Below, in pieces: positions 48,946 through 58,086 of a stretch of DNA of 58,086 bases. Every line of letters starts with the position of its first letter. Position 1 is the first letter of the stretch. This stretch comes from an uncultured Rhodopirellula sp. (GTDB taxonomy: Bacteria; Planctomycetota; Planctomycetia; Pirellulales; Pirellulaceae): assembly GCA_964007735.1 (NCBI GenBank), contig CAXGAI010000028.1, positions 1-58,086 of the forward strand. The letters run 5' to 3'. Both the position numbers and the translations under genes were made by a program. The notes under the pieces were generated by a model. The model did no database searches, was not told the origin of the DNA, and saw only the letters and a program-made list of their open reading frames with translations.

Positions 48946-50529
48946 ATGTCAGAAAAGATTCGATATCTTCAGTTTGCATTGTTGCTTAGTGTGATTGGTA
49001 TTGGTTGTAGCTTACTAAGCGGTTGTGGTGATGATAGCATCACCACAACCAAGTCTGCGGAGTCAATGTTATCAGCCCAGAGGAACTCGGGCCCCCAAGG
49101 TCAACAAGACGATTCCACGCGGGATACTAACCGTCTAGCAGGAAAGCCATCGCAATTGTATGCCGGCTGGGAGAACCCGCAGGATATTCTCGTTTTTACT
49201 GGACGCCAATTTGGCTATGTCGAGCCTTGTGGTTGTACCGGATTAGAGCTTCAAAAGGGGGGACTTGCTCGCCGCCACTCCTTTATTCGAGGCTTACAAG
49301 ACCAGCAAGGCTGGAATGTGGTTTTGGTTGATACAGGAAATCAAGTTCGACGGTTTGGACGCCAGCCGGAGCTGAAATTCAACCTGACCTCCGAGCTTTT
49401 GCAAAGAATGGAATATCAGGCTGTTGGACTTGGACCGGAAGATTTGAAATTGCCAGCTGGCGAATTGTTCGCTGTGGCTGCCGTTGACGATAACAATGAG
49501 TCCATGTTTGTCAGTTCCAATGTAGCGATTCTTGATCGGGAGTTCACTCGGAGATTCCAGTTCATCGAAACGGCTCATCACACGATTGCTGTTGTTAGTA
49601 TTATTCAGGACGATTGGCTCAAATCTTTGTTTAGTGATGACCTGATTGTTGAAGATGTTGAAGAAGCTTTGAAGTTGGTGGCAGCCGACGAAGTGTTTCG
49701 GCAAACGTCTCTGAAAATCCTTGTTGTTCACGGAACATTGGACTATGTACGTAATTTGGCAAAGTCATATACCGAATATGACTTACTGGTTTGTGCTGGT
49801 GCTCCGGGCGAACCCACTTATGAATTAGAAGAGGTAAAGGGAGCCAGTACCAAAGTGCTCAAAGTTGGTGAAAAGAGTATGTATGCCTCGGTTGTCGGCG
49901 TTTTTGACAATGGTGATGCGAAGCCCGGATTCAAATACCAACGAGTACCTTTAGATGACAGCTATTCTGATTCGGTGGAGGTTCTCGCAATGTTCAAGCA
50001 ATATCAAGAAGCATTGCAACGCGCCGGGTTTCAGGGGCTGGGAATTCAATCAGAGGATCACCCGTCCGGCTATCGATTTGTTGGCAGTAAAGCTTGTGCA
50101 GAATGTCACCAGAGCGAGTTCGAGATTTGGGAGAATTCCCCGCATGCCCATGCAACGCAATCACTTATTGCTCCACACGGCCGGGCAGAGATTCCTCGTC
50201 AATTTGATCCTGAATGTTTAAGTTGCCACAGTACAGGCTGGCGGCCGCAAAAGTATGTCCCGTACGAGTCGGGCTTTAGGAGTTTGGCGGAGACGTTGAA
50301 ATTGCAGGGCAACGGTTGTGAGAACTGTCACGGTCCCGGGAGCGAACACGTGCGACGTGAACAGGAGCCAAACAGTACTTATGATTCATTAAATGAATTA
50401 CGGAGATTCGTTCACCGGAGTCTCGAAGATGCAAAAACATCTTGTCTTGAGTGTCATGATCTGGACAACAGTCCGGACTTTCATCAACAGGGGGCTTTTG
50501 AAGAGTATTGGAATAAAATTAAGCACTAA
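48946..50529 (+). CDS. Tetraheme c-type cytochrome (c554-like) lipoprotein with N-terminal 5'-nucleotidase-like domain
   Basis: Lipobox LSGC; EPCGC..GGLARR, VDTGN; four CxxCH motifs (CAECH, CLSCH, CENCH, CLECH). Confidence 0.88.
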   Translation: MSEKIRYLQFALLLSVIGIGCSLLSGCGDDSITTTKSAESMLSAQRNSGPQGQQDDSTRDTNRLAGKPSQLYAGWENPQDILVFTGRQFGYVEPCGCTGLELQKGGLARRHSFIRGLQDQQGWNVVLVDTGNQVRRFGRQPELKFNLTSELLQRMEYQAVGLGPEDLKLPAGELFAVAAVDDNNESMFVSSNVAILDREFTRRFQFIETAHHTIAVVSIIQDDWLKSLFSDDLIVEDVEEALKLVAADEVFRQTSLKILVVHGTLDYVRNLAKSYTEYDLLVCAGAPGEPTYELEEVKGASTKVLKVGEKSMYASVVGVFDNGDAKPGFKYQRVPLDDSYSDSVEVLAMFKQYQEALQRAGFQGLGIQSEDHPSGYRFVGSKACAECHQSEFEIWENSPHAHATQSLIAPHGRAEIPRQFDPECLSCHSTGWRPQKYVPYESGFRSLAETLKLQGNGCENCHGPGSEHVRREQEPNSTYDSLNELRRFVHRSLEDAKTSCLECHDLDNSPDFHQQGAFEEYWNKIKH

Positions 50530-51281
50530 GCTTCGTTTTGTAATGCAGTAACAACTTCCTCGGTCAAATTGAAGTTTGCAGATACATTTTGAACGTCATC
50601 ATGATCATCTAAAGCTTCCATGAGCTTTAATACTTTTCTTGCTTGCGCAATATCCAGGTCGACGGTATTGTTGGGGATTCTCGTTACCTGCTTTGATGTG
50701 ACTGCAATTTCAGCTGCTACCAATGCTTCGGCAACATCCGTGTACAGTTCCGGTTCACAAGTGATTTCGTATTGATCACCTTGAAGAAGGAAGTCATCCG
50801 CACCTGCATCGAGAGCAGTTTCCATAACGAATTCTTCCTCCGTGCTGTCTGTGGGAACAAGAAAGAGTCCTTTGCGATCAAATAACCACGCCACACAGTT
50901 GGTCGCTCCCATATTTCCACCGTGAATTTCGAACATTTTGCGAAGTTCAGGAGCCGTGCGATTTCGATTATCGGTCATAATTTCGCACATTATAGCCACA
51001 CCATGCGCGGCGTAACCTTCGTAGATGATTTCTTCAACGTTACCGCCGTCTAATTCTCCCGTTCCTTTCTTAATAGCACGGGTAATATTGTCTTTTGGCA
51101 TGGATACATCTTTCGCATCCTGAATTGCCTGGCGAAGACGGATATTGGTTGCCGGATCTCCCCCACCTATTTTGGCAGCAATGATAATAGCTTTGGATAA
51201 TTTGCTCCACAATTTACCGCGTTTATTATCAATCGCAGCTTTTTTGTGTTTAATGCCTGCCCAATGGGAATGTCCTGCCAT
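50526..51281 (-). CDS. yebC: YebC/PmpR family protein
   Basis: MAGHSHWAGIKHKK, YEGY, TDNRNRT, DDVQNV. Confidence 0.95.
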   Translation of the reverse strand: MAGHSHWAGIKHKKAAIDNKRGKLWSKLSKAIIIAAKIGGGDPATNIRLRQAIQDAKDVSMPKDNITRAIKKGTGELDGGNVEEIIYEGYAAHGVAIMCEIMTDNRNRTAPELRKMFEIHGGNMGATNCVAWLFDRKGLFLVPTDSTEEEFVMETALDAGADDFLLQGDQYEITCEPELYTDVAEALVAAEIAVTSKQVTRIPNNTVDLDIAQARKVLKLMEALDDHDDVQNVSANFNLTEEVVTALQNEA

Positions 51282-51375
51282 GTTGAATTCCGTTTCTTTG
51301 TGGGTTTGGTGGGAGTATAGGAATTACTTTTCTAAAAATGGGTACCAATGATTATCAGGAAAAGACGCTTGAGTA

Positions 51376-53610
51376 TCAATCACTCAGATTTCCCAGTTTC
51401 GTACGGATGCGAATGATTTGTTTCGTATCTTTTACAGAATCTAGCAATTCTAATGCTCTTTCCCACATCTGCTTAGCTTCCTTTTGATTGTCTAACTGAA
51501 GATGGATGTCTCCTAAATGGTCACAGATAACGCCATCCGAGTTGTTAAGCTTACGGGCTGCTTCAAGCTCAGCCCGGGCCTTTTCGTATTTTCCCAATCG
51601 GTAGTAAACCCAGCCAAGGCTATCTCGATAAGCAGCGTTTTCAGGCTCTGCTGTCACAGCTTTCAATGTCATCTGTTGAGCTCTCAATAAGTGTTCGTTC
51701 CGCTCTGCCCAGAGGTACCCCAGATCATTAAGCGCTCCAATGTCTTCGGGGTTTGTATCTAAAACTTGCTCAAGCCATTCGACGGCTTCGTCTGCTTGGT
51801 CTAACTGTTGGCACAGAATAGACAGTGTCAATTTGGCATCCCGAGCGATATTTGCTACGTTTGGATCAGACTGCATGTCATCGAGTTTCGTCAAGAGTTG
51901 AGCGTATTCTTGATGCGCCTGTTTCCATTGTCCTGTGTGGTAAAGAACCCAAGGATATCTGCTGAGTAAGCGAGCATTGCTGTTTGCCTGGTTCGCAGCA
52001 AGCTTCGCCGAGTTGATAGCCTTTTGGTTTTGCTCGGTGAGTAAATAGGCACTAGAAAGTAGAAAGTGGATGGCCGGTTTATTCCTGAGGTATTCGTTTT
52101 CAAGAGCGCTCTCCAGAACGGTAATTGCTTCCTTAAGTTCATCGTTGATCAATAACTGGACTCCCCAGTTCTCATAGAACGCTCCGCTTTGCCGGGGAGC
52201 CTCTGCAATCGCCAGTTCAAAAAACTTTCGGGTTTGTTGCCAATCTTTGACTTGAGAGAATAGCAGGGCCGTCGCTGCGGCAGTATGGCTTGTGAACGTT
52301 TTTAAGCTTGGCTTCGTATTGTTTGGCGTTTGGTCATTGGCTGAATAGTTATGCACCACTTGAGCCAGTTGATCAAGTAGGGTTTCATTCGAAGTGATTC
52401 TGGAGATACGTTGTTGCTGTAGCGAAGCAAGTGAACGACTGCGGGAGTACACCGCACCCAGAACCCAGGCTAATTCCATCGCGGCGGAATCAGCAATCGT
52501 TATCTTTTCAGTGTTTTCAGCAAGCAAGGCATCGACTGCGTGCTGATAGCCACTAAGCGCAGGCTGAATGGGCAAGAACTTGCGTAACTGTTGAACTGCT
52601 AGCTCGTAATTCCCAGTAGTTAAAGCTATCTCGGCTAATGCATATCCCAAGTATTGATTCGAGGTTTGCGTTTGTTGAATAGCTTGTAGTTGTTTAATAC
52701 TAAGCGCGTTGGCTTCGGCTTCTTCCGTATGCTGAACTAGGTTGATCCTGATCAGCAAGCGGTAGGGATCGGCCTTAGCCTGTAACGATTTGGAGTCAAA
52801 GTATTTTTGGAGAGTCGTGCGGGCTTCCTGCGGTTTAGACTCTGCCAGAAATAGCTGCGCAAGACGAAAGGCATAGATTACGGGATTGGGAGAGACTTGC
52901 TGTGCCTGTTCGATTGCTGTCCGCGCTTTATTGAATTGCTTTGTAGCTTGATAGGCTTCGTTCATCGCTAGAAAGACAGCACCCGTCGAACCTTTGAGTT
53001 GCGTGATATGTACTGGACTAAGTCCCGCTTCTTCAGGATTCGCTAACGCTTTATTCGCGTTGTCGAACGCTGCTGCAGCGAGATCATTTTTCTGAGCTAG
53101 CAGTGCCGTACGCCCTAATTCGGCAGATATCAGGGCTTTAGGCAGTTGGAGTGATGAATCGTCTGCGCGTTCGAGGATTGTTCGGTATGCCTGAAGTGCT
53201 TGGTCGTATTTCCCATTGCGGGTTAAAACAACAGCCATCCGCATGAGTGTTTGACTATCCAACGCCTTGTTCGTGACAGCTAAACCAGCGTATCTAGCGG
53301 CCTCTTCAGTTCGTTTGAGTCCCATCGCCAGAGGGATAAGTTGATTAGAAATGGAGACGACTGAACGATCGTATCTCCAGGCACGTTGGTATAGTTGCAG
53401 GGCCGCACTAAATTGTCGTCGCTGTTGTTCCAAACGAGCCTGACCAAAGAGAGTAGCCGCATGTAGTTTATCGGCCTGACCTTCCGACAGGCGACTCTGC
53501 TCGAGAGGCGTCGCAGGGATTTTGGGTATCGTAAAATCACTAACGTCATCACTGATAGCTGACAGCGTTAATAATAAAACAGTGGAAAACGCAATTAGAA
53601 TTCGCAACAA
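51376..53610 (-). CDS. Secreted TPR-repeat protein
   Basis: Signal peptide, many TPRs, C-terminal NDLGY..DSLGW..DHLGD. Confidence 0.88.
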   Translation of the reverse strand: MLRILIAFSTVLLLTLSAISDDVSDFTIPKIPATPLEQSRLSEGQADKLHAATLFGQARLEQQRRQFSAALQLYQRAWRYDRSVVSISNQLIPLAMGLKRTEEAARYAGLAVTNKALDSQTLMRMAVVLTRNGKYDQALQAYRTILERADDSSLQLPKALISAELGRTALLAQKNDLAAAAFDNANKALANPEEAGLSPVHITQLKGSTGAVFLAMNEAYQATKQFNKARTAIEQAQQVSPNPVIYAFRLAQLFLAESKPQEARTTLQKYFDSKSLQAKADPYRLLIRINLVQHTEEAEANALSIKQLQAIQQTQTSNQYLGYALAEIALTTGNYELAVQQLRKFLPIQPALSGYQHAVDALLAENTEKITIADSAAMELAWVLGAVYSRSRSLASLQQQRISRITSNETLLDQLAQVVHNYSANDQTPNNTKPSLKTFTSHTAAATALLFSQVKDWQQTRKFFELAIAEAPRQSGAFYENWGVQLLINDELKEAITVLESALENEYLRNKPAIHFLLSSAYLLTEQNQKAINSAKLAANQANSNARLLSRYPWVLYHTGQWKQAHQEYAQLLTKLDDMQSDPNVANIARDAKLTLSILCQQLDQADEAVEWLEQVLDTNPEDIGALNDLGYLWAERNEHLLRAQQMTLKAVTAEPENAAYRDSLGWVYYRLGKYEKARAELEAARKLNNSDGVICDHLGDIHLQLDNQKEAKQMWERALELLDSVKDTKQIIRIRTKLGNLSD

Positions 53611-53703
53611 ATATTAACCTTATGCTCTTACTGGATTTGATATCAAAGTCCGAGTATTACCATTTGTATTCTAGCAAAAGGTGGCATGCGGTCGAACGTC
53701 GTT

Positions 53704-54606
53704 TTAGCGAGGCTTCTTAGGCCGTCCAGATTTTTTTTTCTTGGGTGTTGCCTTCTTTTTCTTTGGGGCGACTTTCTTTTTAGCTGGAGCCGCTTTCTTT
53801 TTAGCTGGAGCCGCTTTCTTTTTAGCTGGAGCCGCTTTCTTTTTGGTACCCTTTTTAGCAGCCGTTTCCGATTTCCTGGAATTCCCGGCTTCTTTCTCTT
53901 CCACCGCCGATTTTTTGGATGGTTTTACAGGCAGGCTATCAGTACAGTCTTTGTTGATTTTGAGCAGGATCTCGTGCGTCTTTTTGCCGTAGGGGTCTTC
54001 TGCAAGTTGTGTCCCAAGCATGTGGAGCAGCGAGCCAAACTCAACACCTTTATTCTTGGCTATCGTACGTTCAAGTCCGGCGACTTTGCCGGATTGCCTT
54101 CCTTTGGGTGTTACAATATCGAGGATTTCCAAGGCGTCCAATGCACCGTCACTAAGTGGAATGGCATGTCCACCAAGACCATTTTGGACAGTGTAGTTGA
54201 CTACGAACTTTGGAATCTCATCATAGTAACCATTAATCGTGGCAGTTGCTTTGCTCAGTCCTTCTTTCGCCATAAAAGAAAGGTCAAATGAAAAATGAGT
54301 TTCATAGACATTGAACAGGACACGTCGGAGATTACGAGCAGATTCAGCAGCACGAGGTAGGCAGCCCATTACTTCGGTAAGTTCGGAAACGGTCGTTACT
54401 CGTACTTCATTCCAGTCGACATATCGCGTTTGAACTTTGCTAAAGGCTTCCGTTGCCTGATCCGGAGTGGAATTCTCCAGACAGCAGGCATAAAGCAGTT
54501 GTTCTAGGATAGGGCGGTCCTTCACGGGCAATTGCACTTTAGGGAATTGCTTTTTTAAAACCGTAAATGTCTTTTTGATTAACGAAGCTCGTTTTGCAGC
54601 GCTCAT
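53704..54606 (-). CDS. Degenerate HhH-GPD/endonuclease III-like protein with histone H1-like tail
   Basis: DWNEVRV motif and HhH-GPD-like helical region; K/A/P-rich C-terminal repeats. Confidence 0.75.
   Translation of the reverse strand: MSAAKRASLIKKTFTVLKKQFPKVQLPVKDRPILEQLLYACCLENSTPDQATEAFSKVQTRYVDWNEVRVTTVSELTEVMGCLPRAAESARNLRRVLFNVYETHFSFDLSFMAKEGLSKATATINGYYDEIPKFVVNYTVQNGLGGHAIPLSDGALDALEILDIVTPKGRQSGKVAGLERTIAKNKGVEFGSLLHMLGTQLAEDPYGKKTHEILLKINKDCTDSLPVKPSKKSAVEEKEAGNSRKSETAAKKGTKKKAAPAKKKAAPAKKKAAPAKKKVAPKKKKATPKKKKSGRPKKPR
53772..53844. repeat. 21-bp tandem repeat (3 perfect copies plus 10 nt) encoding KKKAAPA
   Basis: Unit CTTTCTTTTTAGCTGGAGCCG at 53772, 53793 and 53814. Confidence 0.95.
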
Positions 54607-54646
54607 AATATTGTTTATCTATTGAGGTAACCTTCGGATAAAACCC

Positions 54647-55042
54647 TTAAATGTTCTCAAGGTTCTCCGAGGTGTGATCCAATTCGTCTTCTGGTTGGTT
54701 GGGAGGTAAAACTTTTTCGAGGATTTTAGTGACTTCCAGTGAATGCTTTAGGCCTTCGTCCTGCACAAATTGAAGTTTTGGTGTGTATCGAGTGTCGATC
54801 CGATTCGCGACTTTACGTTGCAGGAATCCAGAGGCGTTATTTAGCCCTTTCAGAACCTGTCCGCTATTGGTTTCTGAACCCATGATCGAGACATGGATGC
54901 GGGCGTGACGCAAGTCTCCCGACACCTCGACTTGAGTTACGGTAACGTTTTCAATGCGAGGATCACGCAGGTCTGTAATGATCGCCGTACTAACGACCTC
55001 ACGAATAGCCTGAGCTGCTTTTAATACTCGCCGAGAACTCAT
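54647..55042 (-). CDS. rbfA: 30S ribosome-binding factor A
   Basis: DPR...VT.VEVSGDLRHA, RYTPKL.F..D; directly follows infB. Confidence 0.95.
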   Translation of the reverse strand: MSSRRVLKAAQAIREVVSTAIITDLRDPRIENVTVTQVEVSGDLRHARIHVSIMGSETNSGQVLKGLNNASGFLQRKVANRIDTRYTPKLQFVQDEGLKHSLEVTKILEKVLPPNQPEDELDHTSENLENI

Positions 55043-55101
55043 AGATTTTTGTATGCCTTGGAAATCAGAGATTTTGTCAGGAACTTGCGATTGCGGTGTA
55101 A

Positions 55102-57795
55102 TTACAACGTACGTGCGACTTCTTCGATCTTATAAGCTTCGAGAATATCGTCCTGTTTGACGTCGTTAAAGCCAGCAAGTTTAATACCACATTCCATGTT
55201 TTCACGAACAGACTTTACGTCCTCTTTTTCTCGTCGCAATGAATCTAGTCCGTAGTCACCAATGACACGTCCGTCACGAATCACACGAATACGGCAGTTA
55301 CGTTCGATATTACCCTGAACCACACGACAACCGGCGATCGTACCAACTTTACTAATACTGAATGCCTGCTGCACCATAGCATGCCCAAGTTCGACCATTT
55401 TTTCTTCAGGTTTTAACTTCCCTTCGAGCATCATGCGGATATCATCCGTGACTTTGTAAATCACGTCATAGCGTCGAATTTCAACCTGCTTTTCATCAGC
55501 GAGTCGACGAGCATCATTGTCGGGCGCTACATTAAAGCCGATGACGACAGCTTCCGAAGCATCTGCCAGGACGATATCCGCGGCAGTGATACCACCGACA
55601 GAAGCCTGTAGGACTTTTACCTGCACTTCATCATGCTGCAGCTTTCCAAGTTCTTTCTGAATTGCTTCAATCGAACCCCGGACGTCGGTTCGAATGATCA
55701 GGTTCAGTTTTACAACTTCACTTGGCCCCAGGGTTCCTTCTTCCAGACGACGTTGGAAATCATCAAACGAGACTTTGATCGTGGTCCCGGAAAGGTTGGT
55801 AGTTCTTGAACGATCCGAACGTAACTCAGCAACCTCTCGAGCATCAGTTATTTCCTCCAATATATGGAATTTATCTCCGGCATCGGGAGCTATATCCAGA
55901 CCGGCAATGTTGACAGGTGTACTTGGACCAGCTTCTTCAACAGGGTCGCCTGTTAAAGTGTCGTAGATAGCCTTCACGCGTCCATGTGCGTGACCACATA
56001 CCATCACATCTCCAACTTTCAAAGTCCCATTTTGAACAATGACTTTAGCGATAATACCACGAGCTGTCTCCTGTTCAGACTCGAGGCAAACCCCAATGGC
56101 ATCACGATTTGGGTTAGCCTGATATTCGTGCAATTCAGCAATGCCGAGAATCGTATCACGAAGTTCGTCCATACCCGTACCATCGATGGCACTCGTACGA
56201 ACCACTTCCACATCTCCACCCCATTCACTAGGTGTTAGGTCATATCCCGGTAATGCACCCAGAACGGTGTTGATATGTTCGTCCGTTATTCCAGGGAGAT
56301 CGATTTTGTTGAGAGCAACGATAATTGGAACCCCCGCAGCTTTGGCGTGGCTGATAGCTTCTTCCGTTTGCGGCATTACTCCGTCGTCTGCAGCTACAAC
56401 AAGAACAGCAATATCGGTAACGTTTGCACCACGAGCTCGCATCTCGGTAAATGCTTCGTGACCGGGAGTATCAACAAATGAGATCAAATGATTGTTGTGG
56501 TTGGTTTGGAAGGCCCGGATATGTTGAGTGATTCCTCCGGCTTCTCCTGAGACAACATCGATCCCGATAAGATAATCCAACAACGAGGTTTTACCGTGAT
56601 CGACGTGGCCTAGGAAAGTGATGACAGGAGGTCGCGATGACAAATCCGTGTCTGTATCCACCTGAGATTCAATGGCGTCAATAAGTGATTCTTCGAGCGA
56701 TTCGGGCTGTTTGAATTCGATTTCAACGCCGAGTTCAAGAGCTAGCATTTCTGCCAGTTCTTCATCGAGTTGATCGTTAATAGTGAGCATCGCCCCGAGG
56801 CCCATCAATGTCATTTGGACATTACCTGCTGGCAAGCCAGCTGCTTCGGAGAATGATCTTACAGAGCAGGGCAGTTCCAGTGAAACGTTCGATTTACGGG
56901 GTGCGGCGGTGTTTTTGCCGGTACGAGTCAGAGTGCGGCGACCCATGCGGCGACCACCACGCTCGTCATATCGGGTATTACCTCCACGTTGTTCGCGACG
57001 ACGCTGCTGATTTTTCCGGTCAGCACGTGCGGATGCCATACCCGCTAGATCACCATCTTTACGATCACGCCCTTTTCCTTTACGTTTCTTCCCTCGTTTA
57101 CCGGTTTCCTGTTCAGGCGCAGCCTGAGGCTCATCCGGGTTTTTTGTGAGGTGTTGTAATGGTCCCCGTTTCCCGACTTTGCTTTTGAGCGCGTCGGAAA
57201 GTGACATGGCCGGCTTAACCGTTTTTTCTTCAACCTTTTTCGGAGCGGCAGGTTTTCGAGACTGGGGTACCGAAGCGAGTTTAATGACTGGATCCCGTCG
57301 TTTCTGTTTCGGTTTGAAATCGCTACTTTCACCGCCACCTTCAACAGCTTTCCGACCAATGACTTTAATCTTGGCCCCCGGGGTCCTTCGTCTTGGACGG
57401 TCCAGCGGTTCCACAGGACTTGTATCCGCAGCTGAATCGGATTCGGAGGTTTCAGGAGCGTCTTCCATCGGGGCTTCGACGCTATCCACGGCCACCTCTT
57501 CGGTATCATCAGCTTTATCTCGAGCAGACAAAGGTCCACTTGATTTCTTGCTGGCAACCACCTTGATCGGACCCCGGCGCTGGCCAGAGGGTTTCTTGGG
57601 AACCTCTCCCGTTTCCGGCGCTGCATCTGATGAAGGAGCCTTGTTAAGGTAATCCTTGAGTTGCTGAACCTCTTCGTCATCAAGACTTGCCAGCGCAGAA
57701 CCTTTTCCTGTGATCCCTGCCTTTTTGCAGATATCGACCAATTCTTTGCCGTCGTAATCCAGCTCTTTCGCTAATGCGTAAATTCTTACGGGCAC
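55102..57795 (-). CDS. infB: Translation initiation factor IF-2
   Basis: GHVDHGKT, DTPGHEAF, NKID; GTG start at 57795 preceded by GGAGG. Confidence 0.98.
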   Translation of the reverse strand: MPVRIYALAKELDYDGKELVDICKKAGITGKGSALASLDDEEVQQLKDYLNKAPSSDAAPETGEVPKKPSGQRRGPIKVVASKKSSGPLSARDKADDTEEVAVDSVEAPMEDAPETSESDSAADTSPVEPLDRPRRRTPGAKIKVIGRKAVEGGGESSDFKPKQKRRDPVIKLASVPQSRKPAAPKKVEEKTVKPAMSLSDALKSKVGKRGPLQHLTKNPDEPQAAPEQETGKRGKKRKGKGRDRKDGDLAGMASARADRKNQQRRREQRGGNTRYDERGGRRMGRRTLTRTGKNTAAPRKSNVSLELPCSVRSFSEAAGLPAGNVQMTLMGLGAMLTINDQLDEELAEMLALELGVEIEFKQPESLEESLIDAIESQVDTDTDLSSRPPVITFLGHVDHGKTSLLDYLIGIDVVSGEAGGITQHIRAFQTNHNNHLISFVDTPGHEAFTEMRARGANVTDIAVLVVAADDGVMPQTEEAISHAKAAGVPIIVALNKIDLPGITDEHINTVLGALPGYDLTPSEWGGDVEVVRTSAIDGTGMDELRDTILGIAELHEYQANPNRDAIGVCLESEQETARGIIAKVIVQNGTLKVGDVMVCGHAHGRVKAIYDTLTGDPVEEAGPSTPVNIAGLDIAPDAGDKFHILEEITDAREVAELRSDRSRTTNLSGTTIKVSFDDFQRRLEEGTLGPSEVVKLNLIIRTDVRGSIEAIQKELGKLQHDEVQVKVLQASVGGITAADIVLADASEAVVIGFNVAPDNDARRLADEKQVEIRRYDVIYKVTDDIRMMLEGKLKPEEKMVELGHAMVQQAFSISKVGTIAGCRVVQGNIERNCRIRVIRDGRVIGDYGLDSLRREKEDVKSVRENMECGIKLAGFNDVKQDDILEAYKIEEVARTL

Positions 57796-57861
57796 GGTGC
57801 CCTCCAAAAGGTTACCTGTGGTGTTCTAGCTGTCCTTTATTGAAAGTCCAGCCTTTGATTA

Positions 57862-58086
57862 TTACTCTTCTTCAGAAACCGCTTCACTGGCTTCGTCTGA
57901 TTTTGGGGCTTCTTCTTCTGCAGGAGCTTCTTCTTCTGCAGGGGCTTCCTCTTCAGCAGGGGCTTCTTCAGCTGATGCTTCTTCTGCAGGAGCTTCTTCT
58001 ACAGGAGCTTCGTCTTCAGCAGGTGCTTCTTCAGCAGGTGCTTCTTCTGCAGGAGCTTCTTCTACAGGAGCTTCGTCTTCAGCAGG
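57862..58086 (-). CDS. 3' end of a CDS with acidic EEAPA repeats, probably NusA (partial, runs off the window)
   Basis: Open frame PAEDEAPVEEAPAEE...EAVSEEE*; nusA identity inferred only from its position upstream of infB. Confidence 0.6.
   Translation of the reverse strand, partial: PAEDEAPVEEAPAEEAPAEEAPAEDEAPVEEAPAEEASAEEAPAEEEAPAEEEAPAEEEAPKSDEASEAVSEEE
57906..58086. repeat. Degenerate 15/18-bp tandem repeat (EEAPA units)
   Basis: GCTTCTTCTGCAGGA-type units; an exact 48-nt copy at 57976-58023 and 58039-58086. Confidence 0.9.

Noticed and set aside
49220..49240. Selenocysteine recoding in the CGC motif
   Set aside because: Codons are TGT-GGT-TGT with no in-frame TGA
53686..54291. 201-aa ORF with FSWSRFL repeats
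   Set aside because: Antisense reading of the KKKAAPA tandem repeat
57045..57683. ORFs 57045-57683 (-) and 57146-57652 (+)
   Set aside because: Alternative frames over the low-complexity IF-2 N-terminus
53772..58086. Tandem repeats as a CRISPR array
   Set aside because: No unique spacers, unit lengths are multiples of 3 within coding frames, and no cas genes are present

Overview
A 58 kb, mostly core-chromosomal window from a planctomycete, most likely Pirellulales. The assignment is inferred from protein families and gene order. It holds about 44 CDS: leuA, leuB, miaE, ABC-F, sodA, thpR, recA, tpx, alaS, serA/serC, a complete gcvT-H-PA-PB plus lipoyl-ligase operon, rnr, yhaM, proS, a wecA/O-antigen-ligase pair, DUF1573 plus tetraheme cytochrome, yebC, rbfA, infB and the probable 3' end of nusA. 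It also has two tRNAs (Leu-TAA, Asp-GTC) and several intrinsic terminators. I see no CRISPR array, integrase or transposase. The best signals absent from the ORF track lie upstream of leuA. One is a complete ribosome-mediated attenuator with promoter, a 19-aa leader containing 9 Leu, an antiterminator and a terminator. It is followed by a second 27-aa uORF with a VILLLI run. The tRNA-Leu(UAA) that reads the leader's TTA codons sits directly downstream of leuA. Other leads are a catalytically degenerate endonuclease-III-like protein with a histone-H1-like tail next to rbfA, a prepilin peptidase lacking both catalytic Asp motifs, a CGC-motif/tetraheme lipoprotein module, a candidate operator over the recA promoter, and a branched palindromic element plus MerR-like HTH gene beyond the tRNA-Leu 3' end. 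All calls come from reading motifs by eye; no searches were run.
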